DNA of 64,000 nucleotides from Macrostomum lignano (taxonomy: Eukaryota). Position 1 is the stretch's first letter. Each line of letters opens with the position of its first letter. The stretch lies in the NCBI GenBank assembly GCA_002269645.1, contig NIVC01002124.1, positions 1 through 64,000 of the forward strand. The letters run 5' to 3'. The notes under the pieces were generated by a model, which did not search any database, was not told the origin of the DNA, and saw only the letters and a list, made by a program, of their open reading frames with translations. Both the position numbers and the translations under genes were made by a program. Shown piece after piece: positions 25,736 through 39,925 of the stretch.

Positions 25736-27199
25736 CAAAAAAATTGTTAAAAGGTATAATAACTAAGATGTTAACCATATTTATTTGTTAACCAATTTAG
25801 CCCATAGACTATCTTGAGTTATTTGCCTGCGGGGCATAAAACAGTCATAAAGTTCTCATTTCAAAGAAAGCTCTAAAACTTCAACATTCTGTAATACATA
25901 AATTATGGTGGTAGCAGTGCTATTCTACTAAAAGTAATCAGCAAAGCATTACACTGCACATTGACTTCAGTGTCTTAGGAGCCAATTTGAATGACTATGC
26001 CTATTAAAAAAAGCAATCAATTACAATTTTGACTACCCTCCCCCAGAATTGAGGACCCTTGCAGCCAGAGTAAAACAGGATAATTGTCTGTATCTTTGTT
26101 GAGATTTGTCTAAACAATTATTCTAGAATTATTTGTGCAAACTCAATGCCAATGGAAATTCAAATTATCATACTGTCCCATTTTGTGTCAGCAATCGACA
26201 ACCACCAGAAAAAAATTTCTTTTCTCTGCCCCACCTCACTTGTTTAGATGTCATAAAAAGAAAAAGCCTAGAATACTCTTTAATTAGGGATAAAAGCAAA
26301 ATAATGTGGCAGCCAGATTGTACTAGTGCTACTAGTCGCGTACAGTCTGGCTGTCACAATAAACAATAAGTAGGGCAAAGGGCCCAATTGCCAAATGGAT
26401 ATAAGAAAAGAAGGCTAGAGAAAAAAAGACTAAGAAAGAGGCAAGATTGAAGAACCAACCATAAAGCAGGAAGAAGTAGATAAGAATAATAAGATTAAAC
26501 TAGACAAAAAGAAGAAAAAAACAGAATAAACACAAATGCAAATAAACTATAAAACTAAGAAAGTCATGACAAGAAATTAAAAATATTGATTTAAATGTTG
26601 ATTTTGATTTCTAAAAAAATTGCCAAGTTTTTAGTTTTTTTAAAAAATCTGCTTTGATTTAAATCTAATGCATTTATAGATTTTTTAAAAGCATAATAGA
26701 CTTAATATCTCTTTTTAGACCTAGTCTTAAGTTTGTTTTCTCAAAACATAGGTCTGGAAGTTTTTTTTATAAAAATAAAATAATTCTCATTTTACCCAGA
26801 ATAGCCTATATTGATACTTTAGAAGATATCATCTATTACAGATTTTTTCTTATATGCATTTGGCTTAATAAGAATTTTTTGCATTAGGTTCTGGCATGTG
26901 TTTTACACTTATTGCAAGACTAAATATGATCTAGAATATAGGCTTGATATTATCAAAGATACTACTTTAATGCAGCTATTTAATAATGATTTAATTATTT
27001 AATAATACAAGGTCCTAAAAAGTATAATACTATATGCATAGCATGCATAATGAAGTTAATGTTTTTTGTTATGCACCTTATAGAAGTATGTGCTAAATTC
27101 CTTAGCATATATACTATTACACATCAGTCATCAGAAGCACTTGGCCTTATGCCATATAGTTTCAGTAAGTACTTGGTTAAAAAAAAATTCTACAAGAAA

Positions 27200-27570
27200 G
27201 ATTTTGCAAAAATCTTTCAAGCAAACTTTGTCAAGGCAATTTGCAAGCAAACTTTGGCAAGTGAATTATTGCAAGCAATCATTATACAGGCAAAGTTTGG
27301 CAAGCAAATTTTGTCCAATAAACTTTAGCAAACACGCTACAACAAGCAAACTTTAGGCCTAGCAAGGCAATTTTTGCAGGCAAACTGCTATAAGCAGACT
27401 TTGACAAGCAAACTTGGGCAAGCAAATTTTAGCAAGCAAATTTTCAATAAACAACATTTGGCAAGCAGACTTTAGCAAGTAAACCTTTCTAAGCAAAATT
27501 TATCAAGCAAAATTTGGAACACAAATATTGGCAAGCCTGGCAAAAATCCTTGGTAAGCAAACTTTATACT
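27200..27570. repeat. Degenerate GCAAGCAAA-rich tandem repeat
   Basis: Recurrent GGCAAGCAAA(C/A)TTT units. Confidence 0.7.
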
Positions 27571-30500
27571 TTTCCTCTTGCCTACCTTGCAAACAACATT
27601 TTTCTCAATAAACCTAATAATATTAAATAAATATTACTAAGAATGACTATATATACCTTACTTATTCAACATTAATTATCAACCAATATAATACTTGAAC
27701 TAGACTAAAAAAGAGAAAGTAGGTCTAGCCTTAGCTACATAAAAATGTTTGCCAATATTGATGGCATTGGCATATAGCAAATAGTAATAGGACTAAGCTA
27801 TAAAAAAACTATACTTGATTAAATTTTGGCTAGGCCTATCTACCTATTCCCTTTTTATGTGACTTATCAATAACTAAGATTTAAATAAGTGAACATTTGA
27901 ATTATAACTAGACTAGAATATAATTTAAAATGCAAAAAATTAAAATAAATTTGAGACATGCTAGCAGGTTTTTTTTAATGCAAAGTGTATATACACCTTA
28001 AACTTTGAAATTGCTTTCTCAAATTAGATATAGGCACAAGATGCAACTTTGCATTTGTATATTGTCTTTTGCCAAAAAACCTTGCATGTTAGGCATAAGC
28101 TTTAAAGTCTAAACCTAATAGTTGGAAAATGGTCCATTTTGGTGATAAACCATTCTAGCATCTAACAATAGCCATTTCAATAACAACTCATTATAGCAAC
28201 AACCTATTTGGCAACATTTTTGATATATTCCATCAAATACCATCTAAATGAAGTGACAAACTTGCTATGCAAATACTATGATAGTTGAATTTAAAAAAGA
28301 AACATTTTATTAATATTATAGGGGCCTATGATAGTAACTTCTAGTGGTTCTTATCATGGTAGTTTACTTTAGGTAATCGTTAACTATTATCTTGTAATTT
28401 AACAGAAATGTCTTCTACATGACCATAAAAATAGCCATTTTGCTTCCTACCTACGATGATTGTAAAAATAACAGTTTTGCTATTTATATGATTACATTAA
28501 GTAAAGACCATAAGCCCGCATGATGTTTTATGCATTAACTATAAAAATAACCGTTTTATTATTTATATGGTCACTGCAACAATAACAACAATTAATTAGG
28601 CCCCTAATGATTATTAAGAATTACTGATAATAAAGAATTTATTGAAGATTTTTTACATAATTACACTTTGATTTGCTGCACTTTTTGTATACTGTGCCCA
28701 TGATTTGTCAACACCTAATTCGTCAATAGACCTAAAATGTGAGAAATTGGAAGAAGTCAAATTTGTCAATAGTTAAAACAAGCTGAGAGAATTTGCCAAC
28801 AAAATGAGGCAGAATTACTAAAAGTTGTTTTGTATCTCAATAATGTAAATTTCTTTTAAATTTAAAGATTTAGGCCTAGTATATAGAAAGATAGTATATT
28901 TGGAAGATTGAAGAGCCTTTGTACATCAGAATACACAAACCCAACTTGAATGTGCAACTAGCTGGCAATGGGGTGGAGCGTGAGCTAATTGAGTTCTGTG
29001 AGCAATGCCGTACCTATTTTTTCTCTCTCTCCCTTTGTTTTGTACTTAGGCTCTTTTGAAATTCTACTGGACTGCCTTTGACCCACCTAAGGATTGTACA
29101 ATTTGTTGTTCTTAAATATATTGGCGTATTGAATTAAGGTGAAGTGAATTAGCTCTGACTCTGTTAAGACGAGCACTGCACTTCTACAGTTCTTTGGACC
29201 AAACAAAACAAAGGTATTGTTTAGACTTCATATAGGCCTATCACTTCGTGAATGTTATGCATGCAATAAAAAAATTTACATAGTTGAGTATACAGATACA
29301 TAATTGTATATTGTACAACGCACATGTACATGTATATCCAGAGTGGCAGATCGCCAACTTAAGGCCTGCCTAGTAAGGCTGTCTACAATACAAGCTATGC
29401 AACAAAAATTTTACATGGGTCATGACTGTGAAAAAATGAAGCAAAGGAACCTAGCACGAAAAACTATTGTAAAAATACGCCACGTGAGTTGCGACAACAT
29501 ATTACCAATTATAAGAGTATAATTTACTCAACATGCTCATTTGAGTCATCTGCATTCAGCCGTCCTAAAATTAGATCGCGGCTAGAGGAAGAATCTTTCT
29601 AAGAAAGGAAATATAATTTTATTACGAAATTCAAACTAAATTTGATTTAGAAACAAAACTATATACTAGCAGTTAATCTAAATATTAATGCTAAATCTGA
29701 AAGTTTTTAAATTTTTCGACTTTCAAGACAACAATTTTGACGAAATATTATGCTACTACTTTGATTATGGCATCGTATTAAGATAAAGCCAAGATCTTGC
29801 TAGGATTTTTTTACTGTTCCTTTGACGGGTTTAGTGAAGTCTATGGGGTTAGGGTGTAGACCAGTTTAGCCAAACGGCCGTTCACTACTAGCCAAATCCT
29901 CATCACCAATAATGCTAACAATGCGTCAGAGGCCTATACTTGTACGTACTTGTACACGTAGCCATACTAATGCTTGATTTAATTTTTCCACTAGAAGTAC
30001 ATGGCAGGTTCTAAAAATGTGTCAATGAGCTGAGTTGAAAGCAAATTGTTGTGCCAGGGGTGTGGGGTCTGGTGACATACCCTCCCTATCCAATGACCAC
30101 TGTAAAAAATCCAAGCATCAATGTGCATTCTCGTACGTCTTTAGCGCACATGCCTTTCTCTCCTAATTCTAAAAATTCGCTGATGGAGGGGCAACCTCAC
30201 CGCTGGAGCTGCGCGCCGCCACTGGTTGAAGCTAGGTTGAAAGCCACTACATACAGAGCTGCAATGACTATATCCAAGGCCTACTAACAGATTTGCTAGT
30301 GGTACTAGTGAACGCCATTATAACAATTTAGCTATATAGCTACTTAAAAATACAGAGGCCAGGCGGCCCATGCCAGGGCTGCCATGTTTGTTATGTTTTT
30401 CGTTTGCATTCTGCGAAATATGCGTTTATCTATTTTCCGTGCTTAAAATGGTTTGACCAACTTGAGAGTCCTTTTTTGGTGTTCTTCAGTCAGTCAGTAT

Positions 30501-31899
30501 TTTACAACCTATGGCTAGTTAATTTTCATTCAATATATATAGTATTACATTGCAATCTCTAGAGCCTTATCGACAAGCATACAAACCTTGGAGATTTAGT
30601 ATATCAAGATTGTATTATTATGTATATATATATATTGTAATAACAATGACAATATGTCGTGTTTGTTTTAAGTTTCTGAGCCAAAATCTTAGCTTTTTTC
30701 ATAATTATCTAAGCCTTTCCCTACTTAGGCCTAAATCAGGAAGTTGGCAAAGTATATAGCCAGCCTAGGCAGGTAGTATAGGCCTAATAATTGTGCACTG
30801 TTTGTCTTGTTTGTCTTCGATTTTATTGTCTAGCTAAGTTTTTCAAATTTGCTTTAAAACAATAATTCACTTAAGCAATCATGTAATTGGGCCCACTTTT
30901 TATGAAAAAATTAAAATAAGAATAGGCCTAAATATATATAAAAACAATGTTTTTAAATTTAACCAGTTTAGTTCAACCATTTAAGCCTCTTTTTGGGCAT
31001 TTGGCCAATGTATTAATGTAGAATTACAATAGGCCTAAACTAAAGCTAAGCCTAAAAAGTTTTATAACCCATTACATGCATACATGCACAACAGTTGGCC
31101 AAGTTGGCCAATATGGCCAACCAATTTGTCAGCTAACCAATGCAAGTTGCAAAAATGCCCATCTGAATAAATACCCAAGTAATACTAAGTTAGACTAAGT
31201 AAATGATGAGGCATTTTACTTTATTAACATAATCATTGTTACTCCTAGTCCTACCGTCTGGGTTTTTTTGTGCAAATGGGTGCAAATAGCATCCTGTTCT
31301 TAAAAATTGCACTCTGAAATTTGACTCAGGGTATGAAAAGTGCACCAGAATTTTTTGCAAGGATGTGATATAGATTTTACAATTTAGTGTTATGGACATT
31401 GAGTAGGCCTAGTGTTATTTTAGACCAGTTTTTGTCTGCAGCAGTGCAGCACATCCTGGTCTTGAAAATTGCACCCTGAAATCTATCACCTAATAGGTAT
31501 TGAAAACCTAAGTTATAGACAAAAAACCTAGCTTACCATTTACCCAAAGTTGCCTTAGTTTTGCTTAGGGTTTTTTACATGTTAGGCATATTTTTGACCA
31601 AAAACTACATCACATTTTTGTTAAAACTAAGTCACATGGCCAACCAAATTTTGGAGGTTGCACATGTATGATTGCATGGCTTTACTCAAAAAGATATATA
31701 TATATATATTAGTAAAAACATGTCATTATATCAACATATCATGTCAAACGTTAAACATATAAAAGACACCATGTCATACAAAAGGGAGCCACCATGTCAA
31801 ACATAAAAAAGACACCATGTCAAACATAAAAAGAAGTGTCATGCCAAACAAAGTAGAGCCACTATAAAGCTAAAAAAATTGTTGTACTAGCTACTTGTT

Positions 31900-34360
31900 C
31901 TCTGGTAGATGCTTGCTATTTAAGGATAGATACTTGCTATCAAGGGGATGCTTGCTATCTGAGGGATACTTACTATTGGGGTTATTTGCTATTGGGAGAT
32001 GCTTGCTCTTGGGGATGGAGGGTAGGCCTTACTTGCTAACTGAGAGGGGCCTCCGGCTCCTCTCTTGGCCCCGAACCTCTTGTCCCAATTCCTGGCTGTG
32101 TCATCGACTCGCGCATCAAAGCGTGGATCAGGACTCAGCACTGCTCGACTTGGGCGAACCACACGAACTGCAGGCAATCCAGAGGCGCTGTCCCTCAGCC
32201 CTCTCACCAGCTCCGGAAGCTCCTCTTGCGCCTCTCGTGCAGAGACATCCAGGCTGCCATCATGACCCTCTCTGGTCACGGCTGCTTCTCTAGGCACCAG
32301 TACCTGCAGGGCAACGCCACCAACGCCACCTGTAGTTTCTGCAACTCAGATGACAAAACCGCTGAGCATTTCGTCAGCATCTGTCCCGCCTTCACGCGGG
32401 CCAGACTCACTTACCTTGGGCCACACACATCTATTACTGAAGCGTGCAAACCCGAAAACTTTAATCAGCTCATGCGCTACCTTTGGGCCACCCGCAGGGC
32501 TGAACTCTCCTTTCCAGAGAGCACTATAGCTGCTGGTGACACTGGGGGACCTCCCTAGGTGGCGCCAACCCTCCGTCCATAGCGATGCGTCGGCCGTTCA
32601 GGGACTAGCGGAATGGGCGCCTGCGCCTTCCCGCTGTGTCCCCTCCGAGACAGCCCTGCAGCTAAGTCAAGTAAGAGAGGGGGTTGCTAGATATCTACAA
32701 GGTCTCTTTTTATCCAGGTTATGTTTGTTATCTGGGGTTGCTTGCTATTTGGGGGATGCTTGCTATCTGGGGTTGCTTGCTATCTAGGAGATACTTGCTA
32801 TTTGGGGTTTGCTTGCTATCTAGAGGATGCTTGTCATCTGGGGGATGCTTGCTATCTGGGGTCTGGGGGATGCTTGCTATTTTGGAGGTTTATTCAATAA
32901 ATTGAGTCTTCACAGTAAGTGACTATTTTTCGGCTACTAGCCAAATGAACAAAAGCAACCAGCAAGTAAACTCTCTGTGGAGAGACTGATGTTTATATAT
33001 TGCAATACTTTAACCAAAAAATCAATTTTTTAGATAAATGGGATGGGTGTTGCTGAACATTAATAAATGGGGTCTAGGGCTAAAACATACATATTCCAAA
33101 ATTTTCAGATATGAAAAGTACACATAGGTGAATGAAAGTACATGTAAACCATCTTCTAAACACTTGCTAGCTGGGGGATGCTTGCTATCTAGGGTTGCTT
33201 GCTATCTGGGAGATGCTTGCTATCTGGGAGATATTTGCTATCCTGGGATATTTTGTTTTTTAGAGAGAATGTCTGTTGTTTTTTATGAAAGCTTTTTTTG
33301 CTGTCTATTTGTTACTTGTAAAGAACAAAGATTCTATCCAGATGTCCCCCATTGGGGGGGTGAAGATTGCTAGTCCATATATTAAAAATGGTTTGTTTGT
33401 TTGTACAAAATCAATTATCTCCCAAAAGGCTTGACCAATTTCTTCGAACTTGCACTGTTCAATTAGAATTTTTTGTGACAGTAAATGCATCATGGCTAAG
33501 AAATTACTCAATATTAAAAGGATTAAATATTCAAAAAACATGCTTTTTTTACAAAGGTCAAGCAGCTCTTTCAACTTGAAATGCATTGTAAGAATGCTAG
33601 AAAGAAAACTGACTAGTTGTATTCTAATTCTGAAATAGATTGCATCACACCAGGCTTTTTATTTATTCAGTCTATGTACTGGTTAAATTTTGACACTGAA
33701 TTGAATTGCATCATAGTATTGAAAATGCAATGTGGAAGCATAGTACAATACTTGATTTATATTGCAAAACCACAATGCTAACTTTGTTAGAGACTGGTAC
33801 TGACTTGCCTAAGAAATTGATTATGTCATAACTACTTTGTGTGACTTTTACTCAATTGACTTGTGTGAGTGTTGAATTATAAATGCTACTGTCACCAAGG
33901 ATTATTGTTATTGCACTTGATAGACCAAGGATTACTGCACTTGATAAACCAAGACTTACTGCACTTGATAAACCAATGATTATTGTGCTTGATAAACAAA
34001 TGATTATTGCACTTGATAAACCAAGACTTACTGCACTTGATGAACCAATGATTACTGCGCTTGATAAACCAATGATTATTGCACTTGATAAACCTAGACT
34101 TACTGCACTTGATAAACCTAGACTTACTGCACTTGATAAACCAAGGATTTCTGCACTTAATAATATCTAGGGGATGCTTACTATGTGCAGGATACTTGCT
34201 ATCTGGGTGGATGCTAGTACAATATTTGGGGGATGCTTGCTATCTGCAGGATGCTTATTGTCTAGGTAGATGCTTGCTATCTGGATGGATGCTTGCTATC
34301 TGGGTGGATGCTTGCTATCTGGGTGGATGCTTACTATCTAGGTGGATGCTTGCTATTGTT
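31900..34360. repeat. Degenerate ~17-bp satellite (GGGATGCTTGCTATCT) in patches, plus a 24-27-bp repeat at 33890-34160
   Basis: Patches at 31900-32040, 32690-32885, 33165-33250 and 34170-34355. ATTACTGCACTTGATAAACCAAG units in between. Confidence 0.8.
32050..32674 (+). mobile_element. 5'-truncated non-LTR retrotransposon (R1/LOA/I-group-like 3' end)
   Basis: C-terminal zinc-knuckle region GHGCFSRH..CSFCNSDDKTAEHFVSICPAF..R..YLG, then a GC-rich 3' UTR ending TAAGTCAAGTAA. Flanked by the direct repeat GAGAGGGG (32042-32049, 32675-32682). Confidence 0.8.
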
Positions 34361-34426
34361 GTACTATTGCTGGCTGGCCAACCCAAATATATATTTAGCG
34401 CGGTATAGCAGCAGTGAGGGACCAAC

Positions 34427-34677
34427 TGTGGCTGCTACTTTCCAATTCAACTCAGCTCTAAGTTTCCACTGCCCATATCGATTAGAACCAAGACACCCCT
34501 ATGGGTACATAACGTCTGAGAATCTGCGCTACCGGCTAGTCCTTCGCCACTGCTCCTGCCATGTTCATTCCTCAGTAAGAACTTGAGTCTCGTTGTGTTG
34601 TTTATTGTTTGGTATGGGACTTACTGTATCGGGTATTGCCGTAGGGATGAGCTGCTAGCTAGGAACAAGAAGTGACA
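34427..34677 (-). mobile_element. ~250-bp insertion, possible solo LTR
   Basis: TGT..ACA ends, AATAAA on the minus strand, CpG-rich relative to its flanks. ACCAAC at 34421 and 34681, offset by 3 nt from a clean TSD. Confidence 0.3.
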
Positions 34678-34802
34678 AATACCAACAGTTAATACTTTGT
34701 AACTCCACCTTTAGCATCAATAACAGCCCAAAATTGATTTCTATAACTGTCAATCAGTCAGCTGCACCACTCTGCAAGAATCTTTTCCCATTCTTCAATG
34801 TA

Positions 34803-36121
34803 CAGGGTGCGGACGATAAATTAGGAGTAACATTTATCTGTTACAGAAAACGCCATAACTCCTCCAAAAATGCTTGTATTGACCTGAAAATTGGTACACG
34901 GGTTCTTTGGGATGTCCTCTATCACCTTCACTCGATGAAGCCGCCATCGGCATCCACGACGCGCTCGATGCGGCTGCGGAACCGTCGGCATGCGTTGGCC
35001 ACCATGTCCTTGTCCAAGCCAGCCATTACCTGGGTGATCTTGGTCTTCAGAGATGCCTTGGTGTTGTGGGGGCACTTGTTGACTTCCCTTTCACAAACGC
35101 CCCACAGGAAGAAGTCGCAGGGATTGCAGTCTGGTGAGCTGGGGGGCCAGATGTTCTTCGGCCAGAATTCCTTCAGGTTGTTTGCCAGCCATGCCTGTGT
35201 CTTGTTGGCGGTGTGTGCAGGGGCACCGTCCTGCTGGAACACGTAGTGGCGGTCTCCAGCAATGCCCTCCATCCACGGCTTCACCACGGTGTCCATCACG
35301 TGGATGTAGGCATCTGCGTTCACCCTCAGACCCTCTTCGAAGAAGAATGGCGGCATGACATCGCCCTCACTTGAGATCACACCGAGGACCATCACAGTGG
35401 CTGGGAACTTCGTTGACATGACAACTGGTACCTCTTCGACATCAGCGCATAGCCAACGATCATTTCTCTTGTTCACCTTCTGATCTTGATAGAAGTTCTT
35501 TTCATCAGAGAAAAAAATCAGCTGGTTCTGGGCCTGAGGGTGCTTGAGCTTGACCAGGAGCTTGGCTGCCTTATCCGCCCTCCTCTCCATGGTAGCCTCA
35601 TTCATGAACTGATGCTTCTTGAGTGCATAGGACTTGTACCTGATGTCTTCATGGACACAGTTCCGGACAGTCTTCTCATCAACATTCAGCTCCCGCGCAA
35701 GGGCTCGGATTGACTTGCTTGGGTCCTCATCGATCATGTTTTGAAGCTGTTCGATGAACTCCGGTGTCCTGATGGCGTCTCTTCTCCTTTTGTGGGTCTT
35801 CCTGTCTACGGATATGTCGTCTGGGTCCTCCCCAGCAGCCACGCTTTCATCAAGCTTCTTCTTGACCCGATAACAGAGACTCTCGGGTAACTTGTTGAAC
35901 TCTGCTATCTCCGCGGCGGTCCTCCCGGCGCGGAGTCCAACAACAATGGCGGCTCTTTTCTGCTCTTCCATTGTTAAAAATGCAGAAATAGACTTGAAAT
36001 CAAAGCTGAAAGTCAGAAAAGACCGGTCAATATAGGGTACAATTTGATCTCACCATTTACGCAACGTTATGTCGGTCAAAACGCACTCTGAAATCACTCC
36101 TAATTTATTGTCCGCACCCTG
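34803..36121 (-). mobile_element. Intact Tc1/mariner DD37D (maT) transposon
   Basis: 26-bp TIRs CAGGGTGCGGAC(G/A)ATAAATTAGGAGT with 1 mismatch, TA target duplication at 34801-02 and 36122-23, and an uninterrupted transposase ORF. Confidence 0.96.
34928..35971 (-). CDS. DD37D transposase, 347 aa
   Basis: FSDEK, QQDGAPAH, WPPSSPDCNPCD with 37 residues between D2 and D3. N-terminal HTH region. Confidence 0.95.
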   Translation of the reverse strand: MEEQKRAAIVVGLRAGRTAAEIAEFNKLPESLCYRVKKKLDESVAAGEDPDDISVDRKTHKRRRDAIRTPEFIEQLQNMIDEDPSKSIRALARELNVDEKTVRNCVHEDIRYKSYALKKHQFMNEATMERRADKAAKLLVKLKHPQAQNQLIFFSDEKNFYQDQKVNKRNDRWLCADVEEVPVVMSTKFPATVMVLGVISSEGDVMPPFFFEEGLRVNADAYIHVMDTVVKPWMEGIAGDRHYVFQQDGAPAHTANKTQAWLANNLKEFWPKNIWPPSSPDCNPCDFFLWGVCEREVNKCPHNTKASLKTKITQVMAGLDKDMVANACRRFRSRIERVVDADGGFIE

Positions 36122-39100
36122 TAGAACCTCTTTAACTCATCCAGATTCTAAGGTCTGCATGCGTGAACAGCCTTCTTCAGATTGAACCAAAGATTTTCAA
36201 TAACATTCAAATCTGGGCTTTGACTTGGCCAGTCCATCAGCTTCACCTTTTTGTTCTGAAACCATGTTTGAGTTGATTTGCTAGTATGCTTTGGGTTGTT
36301 ATCTTGCTATATCAGCCAATCACGCCTAAGCTTCAGCTTTCTTATGCTAGGTTGGACATTAGCAGCCAGTATTCCTTGATATCTGGATATCTGATATCTT
36401 GATATCTGAGTTCATAATTCCATGAATTTGGACAATGTTTTTAGTTCCACTTGCAGCGCAACAGCCCCACAGCATGATGCTGCCACCTCCATGCTTTACA
36501 GTTGGCAGTACATTACTTTGTTTAAATGCTTGATTTGGCTTTCTCCATATATAATTGCTGCAAAATATGCCTAAACAGTTCATTTTTTGTCTCTTCTGTC
36601 TATAAGATATTTGGCAATAGCTATCTGGCTACTGCAGCTGCTGTTAAGCACATTTTAGGCAAGCTTGGCAATGCTTTTTGGACAGAAAAGGCTTCTTGCA
36701 AACAACTCATCCATGGTATCCTTGATAGTTCAAAGACTTCTACACCATTGATTTGTGAACCTCTATTCCGCATTGAGCAAGCTGATGTTGCAATTGACTA
36801 GCAGTCACAGTTGGATCACTGTCAACAGTCTAAGCTAGTCTTCTTGCTGTGCACTTAAAAAATTTGGCCGGTCATCTACAAGGCAGTGGTGTCACAGTGT
36901 TATGCCTCCACCATTTGTGTATGACAGCTCTAATAGTGGAAGCACTGAGTTGAAGTTGGCTGGCAATTTTCTTGTATCCAAGGCCAGTTTTGTGAGCTAA
37001 TACAACAAGTTGCTTCAAATGCTCTGGGTGCTCTTTGCCATAATATATGCTGGCATAAAGTACTGCTGTTAGCTAGCCTGCCTCTGAGGCTTTATATAGC
37101 TTTGTACAAGTGTATAATTGCATTCAAACTACAATGATGCAACAGATTTTGTGTGCAACGTGCCATGATGGTCTGAAATTGCATCATGCATTGTGGTTTC
37201 AATGGTTTGAATGATTACAATTAGCATGTTTGTAGTACAAACTTTTGGCTTTACTAACTTTTTTGATGGCAGTCTAACTGTATCCAAACTTTGTGATATT
37301 TTTGCTAACAATATACAAAATCAGTTACTAATTAAGCCATTTTTTCTCTAATCGATTACAAGCAAGCAAGCAAGCAAGATTTTCATTTTTAGTATATAGG
37401 ATATAAATACCTTTATTTGAATAAAATCTGAGAACATTTTCCTTAGGCTAAAAGAAGTTATTGGAATTTTTGTGACAGTTCAGTCAGGGTTCACTAACTT
37501 TTTCTTGCAACTGTATATATTAATAGACAAATGTAGGCCTTGGTGCACAAATTTGTATTTTAGCTTTGCATATAGTGCACACCAAAATATGCTAAAATAT
37601 ATTATTGCACACATGTGACACCTTAGGTATAGTATGAATAGTACTCATAGGCTTGCATTTTGTAATATTTTTATTTTTTGTTTATTAGTCTAATATTATT
37701 GTTGCTGAAAGGTTAGGCCCTATAAAGCTAACCTAAAATGCATTTATATGGAATGCAGATAAAATAAGCCTTTTTACCAACTCCTAATAAAAGACCTATT
37801 CCTATAAAGTGCTTTTATCTTATTTGCTATTTTATAACACAAAGGGTAATGCAGTTGCAAATATAAGGTTAGTTTAAAGCATTGGAATCATAACTTGAAT
37901 GTCAGGGGTTTTTACTAATAAAAAATTAATATAAAATTTTTGTTCTGTTCAAAACATAGAAAGTTTTCCTAAGACAATCAAGCATTAGCTATATTTTTTT
38001 TGTTAAATGCTTGGTAATTTTTCAAAACAACCTAAAGTTATTGCCTGTATACTTTATTATGTTACTTAAGCAATTATCACTGATAGTCATATTGCCAAAG
38101 TAACTAGTAGCCCTTGGTGCTAGATATTTTAGTATTACCATAGTCTAGTACTAGAGCAAAGGAAAAACTTATCCTATGTAAAGGCCATCTTCTAGACTAT
38201 GAAGTATAGTATTTGGACTTTTAGTGTTTATCATTTTTTATTTTAAAGTTTCCATTCTAAATCTTCTTAAAGCAGTCTACCAGTAAAAACATGATATAGA
38301 TTTCAACAACAATTGTCCAATTATCTGGCATTAGCATTGCTATTTTCTTTATTTATTAGTATATTAACATGGTTATTAGTTGTATATAAAATAGATTATT
38401 TTGCCTTAGAAATATAAAGACACTAATACAGTATTTTTCTACTTTGTTCCTTAGCTTAGATTTGATCTTTTTATTTTTAGTTTTTAAATAGGCATTTGAC
38501 TGTTTCCTTATAGCAGTAAAATAAATTTCCCTTTTGGTACTTAATAAGTTTCATATAAATGATATTAGCATCTTTCAATAAAAAAATTGATATTCATTTT
38601 TACTAGGTTGGTTAGCTAGCACAACAATTCTACCAAGTTACCAATAATAGTCAAAACCCATTTTTAATTGATTAGCTCTTTGTCTAAAGAAGCTTATTCA
38701 ATAGCATGCACTAGAGCCATATATAAACTCTAGAGCCTTGCCTTAGAATAAGATAGCATAGCAATAAGATTAGCTAATGTCTTTCTTTGGCTCTAAGTTT
38801 AATTATGCTTGTCTTTAGAGACTAGAATAAAGGGTTGCTTAGTGCTCAAAAAACAAGCTTAGCTTCTTGGTTAATACCAAAGCACTAGTTTTTTTAAGAC
38901 CAGATGTTACCTTTTCAAATGCCTTGCTCAAGACCATATCAAGAACTACTCAAATAGAAAGATGAGAAAAAACATTACTTAAAAATGTTTATAAGGCTAG
39001 TTGTTTTCAGAATATAGTTAACCAGCTCACAAACCAACTGTCATTTTAGTATATGTCTAGCACCTGAAAACCATTAAAATGGCACAGCTCAGCTCATTGC

Positions 39101-39925
39101 TTTTATGAATCTATTTTATCATTCTTAGCAGACTTTGTTATATTTATGTGTAACAAAAATGATAAAATAGATTCATAAAACCAATGAGCCAAGCTATGTC
39201 ATGCATTTTTATGATTCTTAGATATAGGGAATGTATATAAAATAAAACATTAGCATGAATCCTATTTCTAAATGAAAAGCTTTATGAATATCAATAAAGC
39301 TATAAAAAGAAAACATATGAAACAATATGTGCTGAAAAACTGAAAAGTTCATGCCATAGTATTTTTTAAGAAATGTAGTTTCTTATCTTTCTACTTAAGT
39401 AGTCCTTGGAGCACATTAGTTGCTTGCTACTAGTCACTTAGTGCCAAGACCATGGCTTGTTGCTGGGATAGATTTGCCTTAATGCTATAAGTATAACCAA
39501 TAGTGTCTTTGGCATCAGTGCTAGAGCCTGCAGCTTGTGGCCAATGGTATGTATAACTTTGATATTAGCAATATTTTGATGCCTCTGAAGTCTGAATGTT
39601 AGGATCCATTTTTAACATTAGCTTACTACTATGGAATCATAAAAACAAAACAATATTTACTAAAGTGTCTTAGGATTTACAATTTTTCTTGTGTATGAAT
39701 AACACAAAACAAAGTTATGGTTTTTGCATTGGTATTGCTTGAACTTTTGTTGAATTTCAAATTCAAATTCAAAAATTCAAATTTTGTTGAATTTCATGCT
39801 CTATTTGAATAGTTCCTAAACAAAACATGTATTCATGCTTCTGCTAATGCTTGTAAAAATATGGTAAATGAGAGGTTTTATTATCAGTATTTTTCTTATT
39901 GCATGCTGTAAAGCATCATAAATGG

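Larger units (their letters stand above)
34689..37041 (-). pseudogene. Decayed Tc1 (DD34E) transposase interrupted by the DD37D element
   Basis: GYKKIASQL..STIRAVI (~36940), TVKHGGGSIMLWGC, and QDNNPKH..WPSQSPDLNVIENLW (34-aa D-E spacing). Continues left of the insertion as IEEWEKI..AVIDAKGGVTKY*. Multiple stops and frameshifts. Confidence 0.85.
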
